Assembly (NCBI GenBank): GCA_951406725.2
Contig: OX597822.1
Location: 67,084,001-67,148,000 of the forward strand
Source of the DNA: Octopus vulgaris
Lineage: Eukaryota
Length of the DNA: 64,000 nt
Reading direction: 5' to 3'
The stretch's first letter is position 1. Every line of letters starts with the position of its first letter. A model generated the notes under the pieces. It searched no databases and was not told the DNA's origin. It worked only from the letters and a program-made list of their open reading frames with translations. This document shows, one piece after another, positions 42,172 to 57,767 of the stretch. The position numbers and the translations under genes were made by a program.

Positions 42172-42560
42172 ATCATCATTTGTTTATGATACGATGATAC
42201 TTCAGATAGATTTGACTGCTATTGCTACCAGAGTTTTCTAATAAAATAAATCCATCTACTTTGGCTCTCAATAGCTTGATGAGCATATTCGGTAGAATGG
42301 TGCGCAGAAAATCCGTCGTGATATTCAGGTAACTTTCCCTATGTCCCAACTTTGCATCGTTCTTGTTTACTACTATATTTTGGCTCTCCAGACTTTCGAA
42401 GTCGATGAAAGGATATGAGAAACATCGCACTCTCAGTGGAGTCCTGGCACCAGTACTTGACAAACAATAAGCCAAGGGATAACTTTACACTAAATGAGAA
42501 GACAGCGCTATCCAACCTCCTGCAGCTCCTGTGAGCATATTCGCTTACAGTTAGATCGGT
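42172..42560 (-). pseudogene. Possible decayed RTE-type LINE C-terminus
   Basis: Minus-strand patches SFHRLRK..WRAK and LPNMLIKLLRAKVDG, ending tgatgatg. Confidence 0.3.
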
Positions 42561-43009
42561 GGATGTTCTTGAGTTAGGAGAAAGGTAGAAAAAGCTGTTG
42601 TAAATAGGCAGTGGACTTCACATTTGTGGAGGGAGTCAATCTCGTATGCACAGAGTTATAAAATGAATTCTTAGAGACAAAGCCATAGTCATGTTGTATT
42701 TTGTGTGACAGAAGAACAAAAACAATATTAACAATTTTGTTGTATCGAAGGAGGATCATTACGCCAATAATAAACACGCGCGTACTTGGTTTGCAATTTA
42801 ATCGTTCGATCAGTCATTCAATCAGCGAGGTTTGTCAGAGTCGTTTCGATGTTATGCGTCACCTCATTAATGAAAATATTGGCCGCATGATACTCCCGAG
42901 GTACCAGAAAATATATCTCAACACAAACCAAATACAAAAAAAGAAAAATCATGAGATGAACAATTTAATATCTACAATTTTTCATATCAGTCAATATCTG
43001 GAAATATTT

Positions 43010-43434
43010 AAGGCGGCGAGCTGACAGACACGTTAGCACCCAGGGCGAAATGCTTAGCGGTATTTCGTCTGCGTTAAGTTGTGAGTTCGAATTCCGCCGA
43101 GGTCGACTTTGCCTTTCATCCTTTCGGGGTCGATAAATTAAGTACCAGTTACGCACTGGGGTCGATGTAATCGACTTAATACCTATGTCTGTCCTTGTTT
43201 GTCCCCTCTGTGTTTAGCCCCTTGTGGGTAATAAAGAAATAGGTATTTCGTCTGCCGCTGCGTTCTGAGTTCAAATTCTGCCGAGTTCGACTTTGCCTTT
43301 CATCCTTTCGGGGGTCGATTAAATAAGTACCAGTTACGCACTGGGGTCGATATAATCGATTTAATCCGTTTGTCTATCCTTATTTGTCCCCTCTGTGTGT
43401 AGCCCCCTTGTGGGCAATAAAGAAATAGGCATTT
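43010..43434 (+). mobile_element. SINE family A dimer
   Basis: Head aaggcggcgagctg; two central-domain units. Confidence 0.9.
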
Positions 43435-43639
43435 CTCTCAATTCTTCAAACAACTTCATCAATGATTATCACGTAAATATCAGAAGATATACCACAGCAA
43501 CTACAGTACAAGGAACCACAGAGGCACATTACGTGGTTACTGAGACTGCAAGGAATCATTATTTTCACTCACTGCATTCTTTGAATAAAGTTAACGTGTA
43601 ATGTGCTTTATTTCTTTATTGCCCTTTAGATATATTTGT

Positions 43640-43821
43640 TATTTCTTTATTGTCCACTAGGGGCTAAACATAGAGGGGACAAACAAGGACAGACAAACGG
43701 ATTAAGTTGATTACGTCGATCCCAGTGCGTAACTGGTACTTATTTAATCGACCCCGAAACGATTAACGGCAAAGTCGACCTCAGCGGAATTTGAACTCAC
43801 AACGTAACGGCAGACGAAATA
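43640..43821 (-). mobile_element. SINE family A headless unit
   Basis: Reverse complement of one repeat unit. Confidence 0.9.
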
Positions 43822-43885
43822 GTCTGGGGTCAACTAGTGTCATATGGATAAAGTTTGGTATATAGAAAACTATGATGAAGATGGT

Positions 43886-44200
43886 GAAGGCGCAATGACA
43901 CAGTGGTTAGGGCAGTGGACTCGCGGTCGGAGGATCGCGGTTTCGATTCCCAGACCGGGCGTTGTGTGTGTCTATTGAGCGAAAACACCTAAAGCTCCAT
44001 AAGGTTGCGGCAGGGGGTGGTGGCGATCCCTGTTGTACTCTTTCGCCCCCAACTTTCTCTCACTCTTTTTTCCTGTTTCTTGTGTAACGCTGCGATGGAC
44101 TGCCGTCCCGTCCAGCTGGGTGGACACATACGCCACAGAAACCGGGAAACCGGGATCATGAACCTGGCTAGGCTTGAAAAAGGCGCATAAATAAATAAAA
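43886..44200 (+). mobile_element. tRNA SINE family C with a V-domain-like tail
   Basis: aggcgcaatgacacagtggttagggcag..gtttcgattcc; tail gtaacgctgcgatggactgccgtcccgtccag..cagaaaccggg; ends (taaa)n. Confidence 0.8.
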
Positions 44201-44871
44201 ATAATGAAGATGAGGATGATGATGGAGTTGGTAATGATGATGGTAGCAGTGATTGTGGTTGTGGTGGTAGTGGTGGTGGTAGTAGTGGTAGAAGTGATGA
44301 TGGGGGTGGTGGTGGTAAGAGAGATGATAATGACAGAGTAAGTAATGGTGGTCATAGAAGATAGTGATTGTGCTCTCGTTATTTAGGTCTTGGTGAAATT
44401 CTGAAAGCAATCCAAACACAAATATGGATTTCTAGAGCTATATGGCCTCCTTTTTCAAGTGGTTAGTGTTTTATATGTTCAACAGTCAGTTGGTAATTCT
44501 AGCAGGTGGAACGACCAGATACAAATATTTTGTTGGCTTGTGGTTCTGATCTTCATTGTGGTGGCAATAGAGGTCTCTAACTGAAATCTTCGTTGTATTC
44601 GTGCTCCAGCTTGGGAACGGAAATTGGGATACTTGTGATCGTTGTCATGTTAGGGATTATTGTGATAATGATGGTTATGGTGACGATAATGCTGGCGGTG
44701 GTAGTGGACGGCTTCGTCGTGGTGGTGGCGTTGTTATTGATGTATCTCTAGTGTTTATTTTGTTGGGGATATAAAATCTGTGTTGATGTTGATGTTGGAA
44801 CTACTACTGGCATATCGCATATTATTGTTGATTCTCATGGTGGCCATCTAGTACTCATGGCAGCACCAACT

Positions 44872-44966
<95 letters not shown>

Positions 44967-46004
44967 TATATATATACACATACATATACATATATATATA
45001 TATATATATACATATATATACATACACACACATATACATACACATATATATACACACATATATATACATACATATATAATAAATATTTTTATTTTTCATT
45101 CCCTTCGAGAATTTATCCCTAATTAGTGGTTTGGACTTTAGCTGTTCTTTCTGACGTAAAGGATTCCTATGATAGAAACTTCTTAATGTGCTTAAATGTA
45201 CACTGTATTTTATACATACATATATATGTATATATATGTGTGTGTGTGTGTGTGTGTATAAACATACACACTTATATGTATAAATAATACATATAAATGT
45301 ATATGTATATATATACACACACGCATATATATACCTATATATAAATATACGTATATGTGCAGTGCGTGCGCGCTTGTGTGTGCAGACATAGCCGAAGCTT
45401 GTAGAGGATGTCGGTGATTAAAACTTGTAATGTTTGTCTTGGCAGTGTCGATAATGTGTTAGAAGATGTGGAAGGTAAGAAAGGTGCAAGTGTTGGAAAT
45501 ACGTCACGAATGAAACCTTTCTGAAAGGAAAGTTTCCTTATAAGAAATTAATTATAAAGATAGTCTCGTAGAGTGGGAGAGGCCAGCATGTGTTTCGAAT
45601 TATTGATTGTAAAAGGATCGTTTGATACAGGTTGTTATGATAAGGAATCACGTTTGGGTGCTTGTGGACGGCCGGGGAATCCCTATTGAAACATTTGACT
45701 GTTAGATTAAAACGATTAAAGAAACTGTTGGAAAACGAGAGGAATAGAGGCGCGCCTTTCGTCATTGTGTAATACAAAAGAAAACGAGATTATATTGGGA
45801 GACTGGCGCTTACTCATTTGGTTACAACTGGGAAAGAGCAGAGAGAGCGAGGGAGGGAGAGAGAGAGAGAGAGTGGCGAGAAAGGTAGAATGAGACAAAG
45901 AAGGGGAAACAGAGACAGAGGTGAGAGGTAAAATGCAGAAATGCATATAAAGAAGAAGAATGTAAGAATGTGCATATTTAACTGTATTATAAGTGTGTGT
46001 TTGT

Positions 46005-46128
<124 letters not shown>

Positions 46129-46258
46129 ATATATATATATATACGTTTTTAAGGATGAAAGATTTAAGTATATATACATATATATATATGCATATATATA
46201 TGTGTGTGCGTGTGTGTGTGCGTATGTGTATACACATATGAATAAATATATACATGAA

Positions 46259-46301
<43 letters not shown>

Positions 46302-47290
46302 TTATACATGCATATATATGTGTGTGTCTGTGTGTATATCTGTGTAAGTATAGATGGATGGATGGATGGATGGATGGCGGTTATGTTTCTATAAGAGTGT
46401 ATTTGTGTCGATGTACTCTACGTATGTAAACGTGTGAATGTTTTCTTTGGGTACAATTTAAGCCATACAATTGCGTACATAATAACGTCAACTACGTTCT
46501 CTTAGTCATCCTTACATCAAATTTACACTTTCTAAAACGCTTGTTTTTCAATGAATGGTTTCTACACTTCTTGCTAAAGTTCACCAAATTCTGCTGCAAA
46601 GGGCTTGAAAGCAAAAGTAATTTCCACACGCTTATTTTTTCAAATAAATCTATCACCGTATATTACTGCAGACCACCCTATGTGTTCAAGTCGAAATAAC
46701 AGGTATAGATGACATTGTTGTATTTGAACTATGTACAAATACGAGACACGAAATATTTTAAACTTTTCAAATAGATATACATTTGTTTCTGGCAATTCAG
46801 TATATTCAAATCATTTAATAATAATGATGAACCAGCATCTGTCATGTTCGTTATCTTCAGAATCTGTCATGTTCGTTAAGTTCAGTATAGTCACGTACAT
46901 GTGTATAAGGTATTTGGTTAAGGAAGGGCTGGGAAGTTCAAATGCTTGACAGTTTTACGGACGCAAAAGCACAAATTCTCATTTCTGAAGACAAGGATAG
47001 AATTAGTAAGAATCTCAGTGCATTCAACTGAAAAGAAACACTATTGTCTGTCTTGCTGACAGCCAAAATATCACGTGATCAATATGAATTCCAGTAACCA
47101 TGCTGATATAATTTCTCTCAGCATTTTGTAAGGCTACGCTATTTAGTCGTGTTTAAGCCCTTTTAACCTTTAAATGTCTTAATTCGTCGGAGGCGTCTGA
47201 TGAAGTAATCAACGGACTACAATGCTAACGGCATGGTTGCCAAGATAGCAGCGATTTTTGTTATTGTCTGTGAGTACATCCATGTAATAA

Positions 47291-47585
47291 GTGGCACTCC
47301 CTCGGTTATGACGAAGAAGGTTCAAGCTCATCCGATTGGCAGAGCAGCCTACCCTTGAAATTGATGTGCGAGTGGCTGAAGGCTCCAGAAACATGCATAC
47401 CCTTAACGTAGTTCTCAGGGACATTCAGCATGACACAGAATGTGATGATTGCAGCTACAACACGTTGGACTAGAACAACGTGTAATAAAGTGTCTTGCCT
47501 AAGGAAAGAACGCGCCGTCAGGAATTGAACTCACGATCTTACGATTGTCAGCTGAATACCCTAAACACAAAGCCATACGCCTTCC
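47291..47585 (-). mobile_element. tRNA SINE, D-like head with tail E (diverged)
   Basis: Reverse-complement similarity to 11580-11880. Confidence 0.65.
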
Positions 47586-47674
47586 CTACATTCATGTAAA
47601 CAGTTTTAATAGCACAAGCTATAGCGGCCTTTGAAACTGATAGGTGTATATGGTCCGTGACAAAATCTATATCA

Positions 47675-48102
47675 TTTTCTGCTCTAGGCACAAGGCTCAA
47701 AATTTTGGGGGAGAGGGGCAGTTGATTAGATCGACAATAGTATGCAACTGGTATTTAATTCATCGACCCCGAAATTATGAAAGGCAAAGTCGACCTCGGC
47801 GGAATTTTAGCTCAGGACGTAAAGACAGACGAAATAACACTAAACGTTCGCCCGGCGTACTAAAGTTTCTTATTTTTTTATTGCCCACAAGGGGCTAAAC
47901 ACAGAGGGGACAAACAAGGATAGACAAACGGATTAAGTCGATTACATCGACTCCAGTGCGTAACAGGTACTTATTTAATCGACCCCGAAAGGATGAAAGG
48001 AAAAGTTGACCACGGCGGACTTTGAACTCAGAACGTAACGGCAGATGAAATACCGCTAAGCATTTCGCCCGGCTTGCTAACGTTTCTGCCAGCTCGCCGC
48101 TT
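47675..48102 (-). mobile_element. SINE family A dimer
   Basis: Two units; head ends ctcgccgc. Confidence 0.9.
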
Positions 48103-49350
48103 TAGGAGAAAGTCTATGGTAATTCCTTTCGCTACACATTGCAGATAACACTACTTGAACGTTCATAGTAGGGTCGCTGAACTAAGGACAAACCACGTCT
48201 CATGCGGTCTGCTTATCGAAAAAATTCGCCTAAGCCTGTTGAAGACGATGAACAACTCTGTATACAGTATAGCGTTTTTTGTAATCCTTAAAACATTGGA
48301 AGCAATATTCACTACTTTATCATAATGAAGTTCTGTATAAAGATTCAAATCATGGTTAAATTCATAATATCGCATACCAATTTAAATATCAAGAACTTTA
48401 TAAACATCTATCAAAATATAACTAGCCAATAAGAATTCCCTGTTTCCTATACAGTTGTAGCAATCCTTAAATTCTTCTTATATTCAGATTCTGTTAGGAT
48501 TCCTATTGATATTTGCCGTATTGTCATTTTGTATTATTATTAAGTTTTCTAAGAAAACATTGCATAATATTCCATTTCTTTTGTAGAACAAGTAGCAGCC
48601 TAAAAGGTATTTTCATTATTGCTATCGCATTCTAGTTTCTTATCGTTTTACGCTGCAGAAGATATCCCCAATGGCAATATTTACGTTTTACTCTTCGTGA
48701 ATCTGAAATTATAGATACGTTATTTCAGCCAGAAGTAAAGATAATCAATAAAATATATGACGTAAAACAAAATACAATAGTGAGATATTATATTTCACTT
48801 GAGACTATCAAAATAACAGAGATTTGATATTTTTTTTAAATATTTTATTTATACAACACTTGTTTTTAACTTCATTTTTGTTCATTTCTAATATCACTAA
48901 CGCTTATTTATTCTACCCAGAAATATATTTTTAATTTTAGTATTTATTTTGTATTAATTTCAATCTTAATTTTAATTTTAATGTTAATTCGGATTTAACA
49001 ATTTATTCTCTCTAGCCAGTTATTGCAGCTTTGCTAGAGTTGGGTATAATTGACAAGTGATGAAAATAAATCAACACAAACATATACTTTTAGCTTTAAG
49101 GATGGTAACAATGTACGTATGAATGTGCTTAAAGTATGTGCGTACGGCGGATGGTTTTGCACGGGTTTGTAAACGAAATCCGCGTCACTGAATAGTAATA
49201 TTGGCTTTCCATTCCATGAAGGAAGCAGTTACAAAAGAATATTCTAATTACCATTAGTGTTCCTAAATGAATGCATCAAAATAATTTTATATACAAATTC
49301 CCTAACATGTACCACAGATACACATACATACACACACAGACACACACACA

Positions 49351-49388
<38 letters not shown>

Positions 49389-49539
49389 CACACACACACA
49401 TACACACACACATACACACACACACACATATATATATATGATATGTATGATTATATGAATGTATTTAAATATATATGTATAAAGCCCGTTGGATATGTAT
49501 ATTTATATATGTATATATATATATATTTATATGTTTGTG

Positions 49540-49740
49540 CGTCTGTGTCAGTCTCCTCACCATCGTTTGACAACCGATGTTGGTGTGTTTATGTCTCCGT
49601 AAATTAGCAGTCCTGCAAAAGAGACCGATAAAGTACTAGGCTTACAAAAAATAAGTCCTGGGGTTCATTTGTTCGACTGAAGGTAGTGCTCCAGCATGAC
49701 CACAGTCAAATGACTGAAATAAGTACAAGAGAAAGTAAAA

Positions 49741-49742
<2 letters not shown>
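49540..49742 (+). mobile_element. SINE family B 3' half
   Basis: gacaaccgatgttggtgtgttt...cagtcaaatgactgaaa. Confidence 0.8.
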
Positions 49743-49788
<46 letters not shown>

Positions 49789-49851
49789 TGATGTATGTGT
49801 ATGTGTGTTTGTGTATGTGTATGTGTGTTTGTGTGTGTGTTTGTGTATTAT

Positions 49852-50090
49852 ATTTCTTATTTCTTTATTGCCCACTAGGGGCTCAACATAGAGAGGACAA
49901 ACAAGGACAGACAAAGGGATTAAGTCGGTTACATAGACACCAGTGCGTAACTGGTACTTATTTAATCGACCCCGAAAGGATGAAAGGCAAAGTCGACCTC
50001 GGCGGAACTTCAACTCAGAACGTAGCGGTAGACGAAATACGGCTACGCATTTCGCCCGGCGTGCTGACGTTTCTGCCGGCTCACCGCCTT
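49852..50090 (-). mobile_element. SINE family A monomer
   Basis: Reverse-complement copy. Confidence 0.9.
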
Positions 50091-50367
50091 CTTTCTATGT
50101 TTGTCCGCATGCATTTATGCATCTGCACAGGATGTCATTGATGTCCTGATTTCGGACGGTGTCCAAGCAAATAAACCGCCTAACCAGACATTGCTGGGTG
50201 ATGTTGAACACACCGTTAGTCATCTGGTTCATAATAGTGTATAGTTCGAGGTTTAGGTCGAACTAGAACTAAAGCATTTTGACCGTTCTAAAACTGCAAG
50301 GAGTGCAGCTCAACATGGTATGGAAAATTTGAGAAAATAACGATGCCTGTAATACTTATGATACTTG

Positions 50368-50373
50368 TGGTGG

Positions 50374-50440
<67 letters not shown>

Positions 50441-50561
50441 TGTGGTGGCGATGATGGTGATGATCATGATGATGATTATGATGATGATAACGACGATAGA
50501 GATGACAATGACAACGACGTGTATGGCGATGGTAATGATGGTGAAGATGATGATGTTGATT

Positions 50562-50608
<47 letters not shown>

Positions 50609-50808
50609 AACGACAATGGAGATGACGATGATGATGATAACGACGATGGGGATGACGATGAGGACGACGTATATAGTGATGGTAATGATGATGATGATGA
50701 TGAGGAGGAGGAGGAGGGGGTGAGAGATATCGACGATGGAGATGTTGATGACGACGACGATGACGTGTATGGCAACGGTAATGATGATGATGAAGATGAT
50801 GATGATGG

Positions 50809-50858
<50 letters not shown>

Positions 50859-50870
50859 GTGATGATGATA
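50368..50870. repeat. (GAT)n compound microsatellite with higher-order structure
   Basis: GAT runs interrupted by three related blocks gataacgacgat..gacgtgtatggc..ggtaatgat. Confidence 0.9.
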
Positions 50871-51461
50871 GAGACAGACAGGAGCGTGGAAATGCAAATA
50901 CAAAGAGCAGATCATATACGGTAACGATGAAGGAAATGACTACACTAGAAGACCATCGACTGTGAACATGATTGTATTTTCCAATTTCATACATACTCAT
51001 TAACGTTACGTAATTCTTGGGAGCGCACACACTGACGTAAAGTGAGAGGGACACGTACGCAATGCAAACGATTATAATCTTATACCTCTGCACAGAAACA
51101 GCTCGCGAAACCCACATATGCAGGATGTTCACATGAAGTTACCACAGATGCATGTATATAAACTGACATACTTAAACAACACTGTATTCGCATAGTCGGA
51201 GTTATATGCATTTACGCAAATGATTCATATCCAGATACATAAACACAGAGACAATCAAACAGACACCAACATATCTTTGTGCGTATGTGTGCATATATGT
51301 ATACACTCACATGTACACACACACACACACGAACACTCATATATATGTACATGTTTATGTGCATATGTATGCATGTATGTATATATACCTACAAGCATTG
51401 ATATATGCATATCCACATATATATACATATAAATTATGGATCCATAATATGGTTTCTGTTT

Positions 51462-51530
<69 letters not shown>

Positions 51531-51553
51531 ATATATAGAAATACATATGCATT

Positions 51554-51607
<54 letters not shown>

Positions 51608-53255
51608 CACACACATATGCGTTTGTGTGCATGTGTACATGCCCATATATATGCGTGTGTCTGTATACATACATGCTTATATACACATATATATATTATA
51701 CATACATACATATATATATATATATACATATAGCCACACACATATTTGTGTTATTGTGTGTGAATGCATGTGTGTATATATTTGTATGTGTATACATAAA
51801 CACAGAAGGGAGCAAAGTGTATATATTTGTTTACGTACACACACGAAGTTAGCGCCCATAACATTATTAATTCAAAGAAACTTACATATAGCACACCGAA
51901 TCTATTTCCATTGCATCTGTATATTTTAATCCCTAGGTGTCTTACACATACACACACAGGCATCTTCACCATCCACCCCTTGCTCATACGAAGTATTGTT
52001 CGCACATGCGTATGCACACGCATGAACAATCTCTTTTCCAATCTTTCTCATCCGACCTTCATCATTTTCATTTTCTTTCGCGCTCAAACACCTTTTAAAC
52101 CTGCCGCCACATTCGAACGCACGTTTTCTTTTAGACGAAATTACGGTAATCTTTTAATTTTGGAACGATGCTGCAGAAATGAAAATAACACAGTGATCAA
52201 GCGTCAATGACCGACAGGCATATTCGGGGATTCATTGGATGTTAGCGAAAGCGAATACTTGTTATATCCTTTCTGCATCTTAATCACAATATTATAAAGG
52301 GTGATGGTGGCAAAAAGTGAAAATAACTGGAAAGTCCCTAATCTTAGGACAAAAGTGACTCATCTTAAGAACCTGGTCGATCGGCTCTAGGAATTGATGG
52401 ATAGAGAAAGAAAGAAACAATAACAGAAATAAAGAGAGAGAAAGGAAGCATCAATAAATGAATGAAAGAAAGGAAGCATCAATAAATGAATGAAAGAAAG
52501 GAAGATAAATAGTGGGAGAGAAACAGAGAAATAAATGCATAAGTAAAGAAAGAAAGGAAGAAAGAAAGAAATAAAGGAAGGAAGAAAGAAAGAAAAGAAG
52601 GAAGGATGGAAGGAAGAAAGAAAGAAATGGACAAACGAAGGAACAAGGGGTGAAGGAGAAAATAAGAAAGGAACAAAAAGAAATCCAGAATGAAGTTAGA
52701 TAAATTAGTGGAGTAAAGCTTAAGATGGAGTGCTGTAATTCTGAAGGAGAATCATGAAGTGGGGATGGGTGAGACCAGATCAACCGAGAGAGAGAGAAGG
52801 ACAGAGAGTGACAGAGAGTGACAGAGAGTGACAGAGAGAGAGAGAGGGTGAGAAATGTGAGGAAATAGTGGAATCGTGAGAAATAAAATGTAGGCGTTGG
52901 GAAAGGGATGTAGGGGGGGGATAAAGACGAGATAAAGAGGTGGGAGGATTGGTGATGTATAAAGGGATGGAGAAGAATTATAAGGCAGGGGAGGAGGTAA
53001 AGGAAAAGTCAGCGAAAAGAAAACGAAAATCGTAGGTAAAAAAAAACCAATATAAAAACACATTTTAAAAGGAAAATATGGGTGATAAGAAAGAAGGGAA
53101 AAAGTAAATTATAATAAGAGTAAATATGTGAATGGTTGGGGGGGGATGTAAAAGTGAAGAAATATGAGCCGAGTGATTCGAGACAGAACTAGTAAGATAG
53201 AGTAAGAGAAAAAAAGCGAAGACCGAAATGTAACAGAAGGGGTGCTATATACGAA

Positions 53256-53293
53256 CTGTCCGACGAACGGGAACGTGAAACTCTGAGTAACAG
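53256..53293 (+). ncRNA. Minimal hammerhead-like motif (one core substitution)
   Basis: ctgt-CCGACGA-acg(ggaa)cgt-GAAA-ctctgag-TA-acag; same family as 58447 and 58530. Confidence 0.65.
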
Positions 53294-53325
53294 CTTTTGT
53301 TATGTTTCTGCTGCTTTTAAATAAA

Positions 53326-53372
<47 letters not shown>

Positions 53373-53380
53373 CTACATAC

Positions 53381-54266
<886 letters not shown>

Positions 54267-55174
54267 CATACATACATACATACATACATACATACATACA
54301 TACATACATACAGACATACATATATACATACATACATACATATACACATATACACACACACACACATATGCTGCTATGTAGTGGGACAAAATTATGTGAG
54401 CATGGCGTTACTTTACATAATAAGTTTCACAAATTGAACAGTAACACGGCACAACGAATGGAAAATACACACACGGGATGTAGACATGCTTATTCCTCCT
54501 CAGTTATCGTCGAAAAAGTTCACGCCCTTAGCGATAATATTGTTCTTCTTTGGTGGCGTCAGCTGTTAAAAACTGCTGGGAATACTGAATGAACTTTGAG
54601 GATAGTGAGGAAAACAAACGATGCAAGTAGTGGTACGAATATAAATATATACAAACGGAATAACATATATAATATGCAAACGAAATAAGGCCTTACGGCT
54701 CAGAAACAAAGGTCGGACAAGACGTGTGAGTAGGTAACAGAAGGTAAATGTCCTTAAGGACTAGAAATGGAAAGTAGAGATGGAAAGACAGAGCGGTGAA
54801 GAAACAAAGCAACCATTGCTAGTTGAACCTAAGAGAAGCGTGATTGAACGAATAGGCGACAAAGCGAAGGAAGAAAGAGGACAGAGACAGAATAGTCACG
54901 GCTCACAGGATTGTGGAAGGAAAGAGAGAAAAAAGTGTTGGACAGAAAGCAACAGTGAGCGAGAACTAGAGAGAGGAAGATAAAAGAGAAAGAAAGATAC
55001 CTCGCATAAGATATTACTGCTGGGTAGAGAGACAAAACACGTGGGCGTTGTATTGCTTTAAAAAAGATTCGAAAATTAAACAGTAACATAACACCTTTGT
55101 TTCCGAGCCATACAGCCTTTATTTCGTCTGTATATTGTATTTCGTTGATGATTTATATTCGTACTACTAGAAGT

Positions 55175-55285
55175 GATGAATGGCAAAAGTCAATTTCAGC
55201 GAAATTTGAACTCAAAATGTAAAGTCGGACGAAATGTCGTTTCGTATTTTGCCCTGCATGCTAAAGATTCTGCCAGTTCCCCGCC
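55175..55285 (-). mobile_element. Older SINE family A 5' fragment
   Basis: ggcaaaagtcaatttcagcgaaatttgaactc..gattctgccagttccccgcc. Confidence 0.6.
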
Positions 55286-55303
55286 TCACAATCTAGAAAT
55301 AAT

Positions 55304-55691
55304 CTTTTCTACTCTAGGCTCAAGGATCGGAATTTTGGGGGAGGGGTCCAGTCGATTGGATCGACACCAGTACGCAACTGGTACTTAATCTATCGACCCC
55401 GAAAGGCAAGTCAACCTCAACGGAATTAGAACTCAGAACGTAGCGGCAGACGAAATACCTATTTCTTTACTACCCACAAGGGGCTAAACACAGAGAGGAC
55501 AAACAAGGACAGACAAACGGATTAAGTCGATTATATCGACCCCAGTGTGTTACTGGTACTTATTTAATTGCCCCCGAAAGGATGAAAGGCAAAGGCAACC
55601 TCGGCGGAGTTTGAACTCAGAACGTAACGGCAGACGAAATACGGCTACGCATTTCGCCTGGCGTGCTAACGTTTCCGCCAGCTCGCCGCCT
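55304..55691 (-). mobile_element. SINE family A dimer with 18-bp flanking direct repeats
   Basis: tcacaatctag(a/g)aataat at 55286-55303 and 55692-55709. Confidence 0.9.
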
Positions 55692-55735
55692 TCACAATCT
55701 AGGAATAATGAATTAGGCAATGGAAGAGAGAGAGA

Positions 55736-55775
<40 letters not shown>

Positions 55776-56846
55776 AGTTGAGATTCCGATACTAGACTGA
55801 TACGACATTGTTTCCGATTTAGACCCAAGTCGGTTTGAGATTAAGGGTTTAGTAGCTGGAATCGACTATCAGCACTCGTACTCCATTTTTTGGACCACAA
55901 TATGATAAAAAATCAAAGTTAAATTTGGCGGAATTTGAACGTAGAATGTAGAGTCACATACACGAAATTGAATATAAAAGTTACTGTTTAGCAACGGACT
56001 TGTTTGTTGTTTAATTTGCGTGCGTGAATATATTTATACACAAGTGTGTTTGAATGCGTTTATGTGTAAATGTGTTTGTAAGATGTTTATTGCTATTAAG
56101 TATTTGTAAAATAACGTTTACTTAGAAAGAGAAACTGTAGAGCATATCTTTGATTAAACGTAACACAGACCTCATTTAATAAAGATTTACGTAACCTTTC
56201 TAGTTTTACTAAGATCAAAAGATATACATTGGCCTGTTCAATAAATAAAGCATTTCTCTGCGCCTGGTATCTGCAGTAACAGAAACTTTAGTAATGTACA
56301 CTGACCAGCCATCTGCTACTAGTTACAACTAATGAACGAATATCTGATGCAATATAAACATATCATCCGGCACACACGAAAGTCCTGATAAGTTAAATTG
56401 ATAAGGAAAAATAAATGAAAGAAACCAAAGGAACGTAAAACTCTAAAATGAGTCAAAGATACGTCAGTGATACACTCGGCCGTCCATCATGAAATAGTTA
56501 AACTTCAAAAGCTGTAAAAATCATCACAACAAATGAAACACACCACACAAACCTGCGTACATGTGTATATATGTGTGTACATATGAGTGAGTGTATGTGT
56601 GTATGTATGTATGTATACATATGTGTGTACGTTTTAGAGGCATGTGTCTACTGTGCGCATATTTGTATATATATGTCTGAGTGAATACTTTAATTTTTAT
56701 ATATCTGTTTATAGTTGCGTGCGTTTGTTTATATATTTGTTTATGAGTGTTTGTTCAATTTATGTGTATCTGTGTGTTGGTATGTATATATTTGTGTGTA
56801 TATGCTTATGTATGTGTGTATGTGTGTATACGTGTATATAAATGTT

Positions 56847-56985
56847 AAGGCGCGTAGCGTAGTGGTTAAGTATGTAGCATTCGTTATCATCAAATTGCTG
56901 TATCGATTCCTCGACCGGACGATGCGTTGTGTCCCTGAGCAAAACACTTCATTTCACGTCGCTCTATTCTACTCAACTAACGAAA
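56847..56985 (+). mobile_element. Degenerate D-like tRNA SINE head
   Basis: aggcgcgtagcgtagtggttaag..tcgattcc..gttgtgtccctgagcaaaacacttcatttcacg. Confidence 0.55.
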
Positions 56986-57767
56986 ATACGGTGGACGATC
57001 GTCGTCGAAGTTTAGGGGAGAGTTTAGTCGATTACATTATCCCAGTACTCGGCTGATATTTACTTTTCTAGACCGAAAGAATAAAAAGCAAATTTGACTT
57101 CAGCAGCATTGGAAAAAAATGCCTACCGCTAAGCATTTTATCGAGGTCGTTAACGCTCCTACAAGTTCACTTGTTTCGTATGTATGCATATATATTTTTT
57201 ATTTATATTAAGGGTAGGGACTCTTAAAGTCAAAACTATCATAATTAATACACAGTCTACCGAACGCGAGGGAATGCAACTTTCGAAGCCAACCCCTTAA
57301 AAACAGAATCAGCAGCATATCATATGATTTCATAGTTAGTGTACATAATCCACTTTCTAATCCTCAGTGCAGGCATAATAAAGACACAAAAAATAAACAA
57401 ATCAACACATCAGACAAAAACCAAATGTATCCAACATAGTATGTAGAGATGCTCACTCTTATATATCTATGTAAGGGGCAGGGTTTTTTTAATTGCATCT
57501 TGGTACACGGGTATATTCAAAATAATTCAGCACTGAATATATTCCGGTTAGATTTAAAATTTAAAATAGGATAAATTCTTTATAAGAATTTATCAAGTAA
57601 TCAGCGTGAAAACATTCTAAGGGAAAAATTTATATTTATGGATATATATATATAAATAAATAAATATATGTGTGTGTGTGCATGCGCATGTGGGTACGTT
57701 GAATAAAATGAGGCAACAAAGCCAGGACAGTGTAAATTTTCTAAGACATTTATAAAGATAGAGGTAG

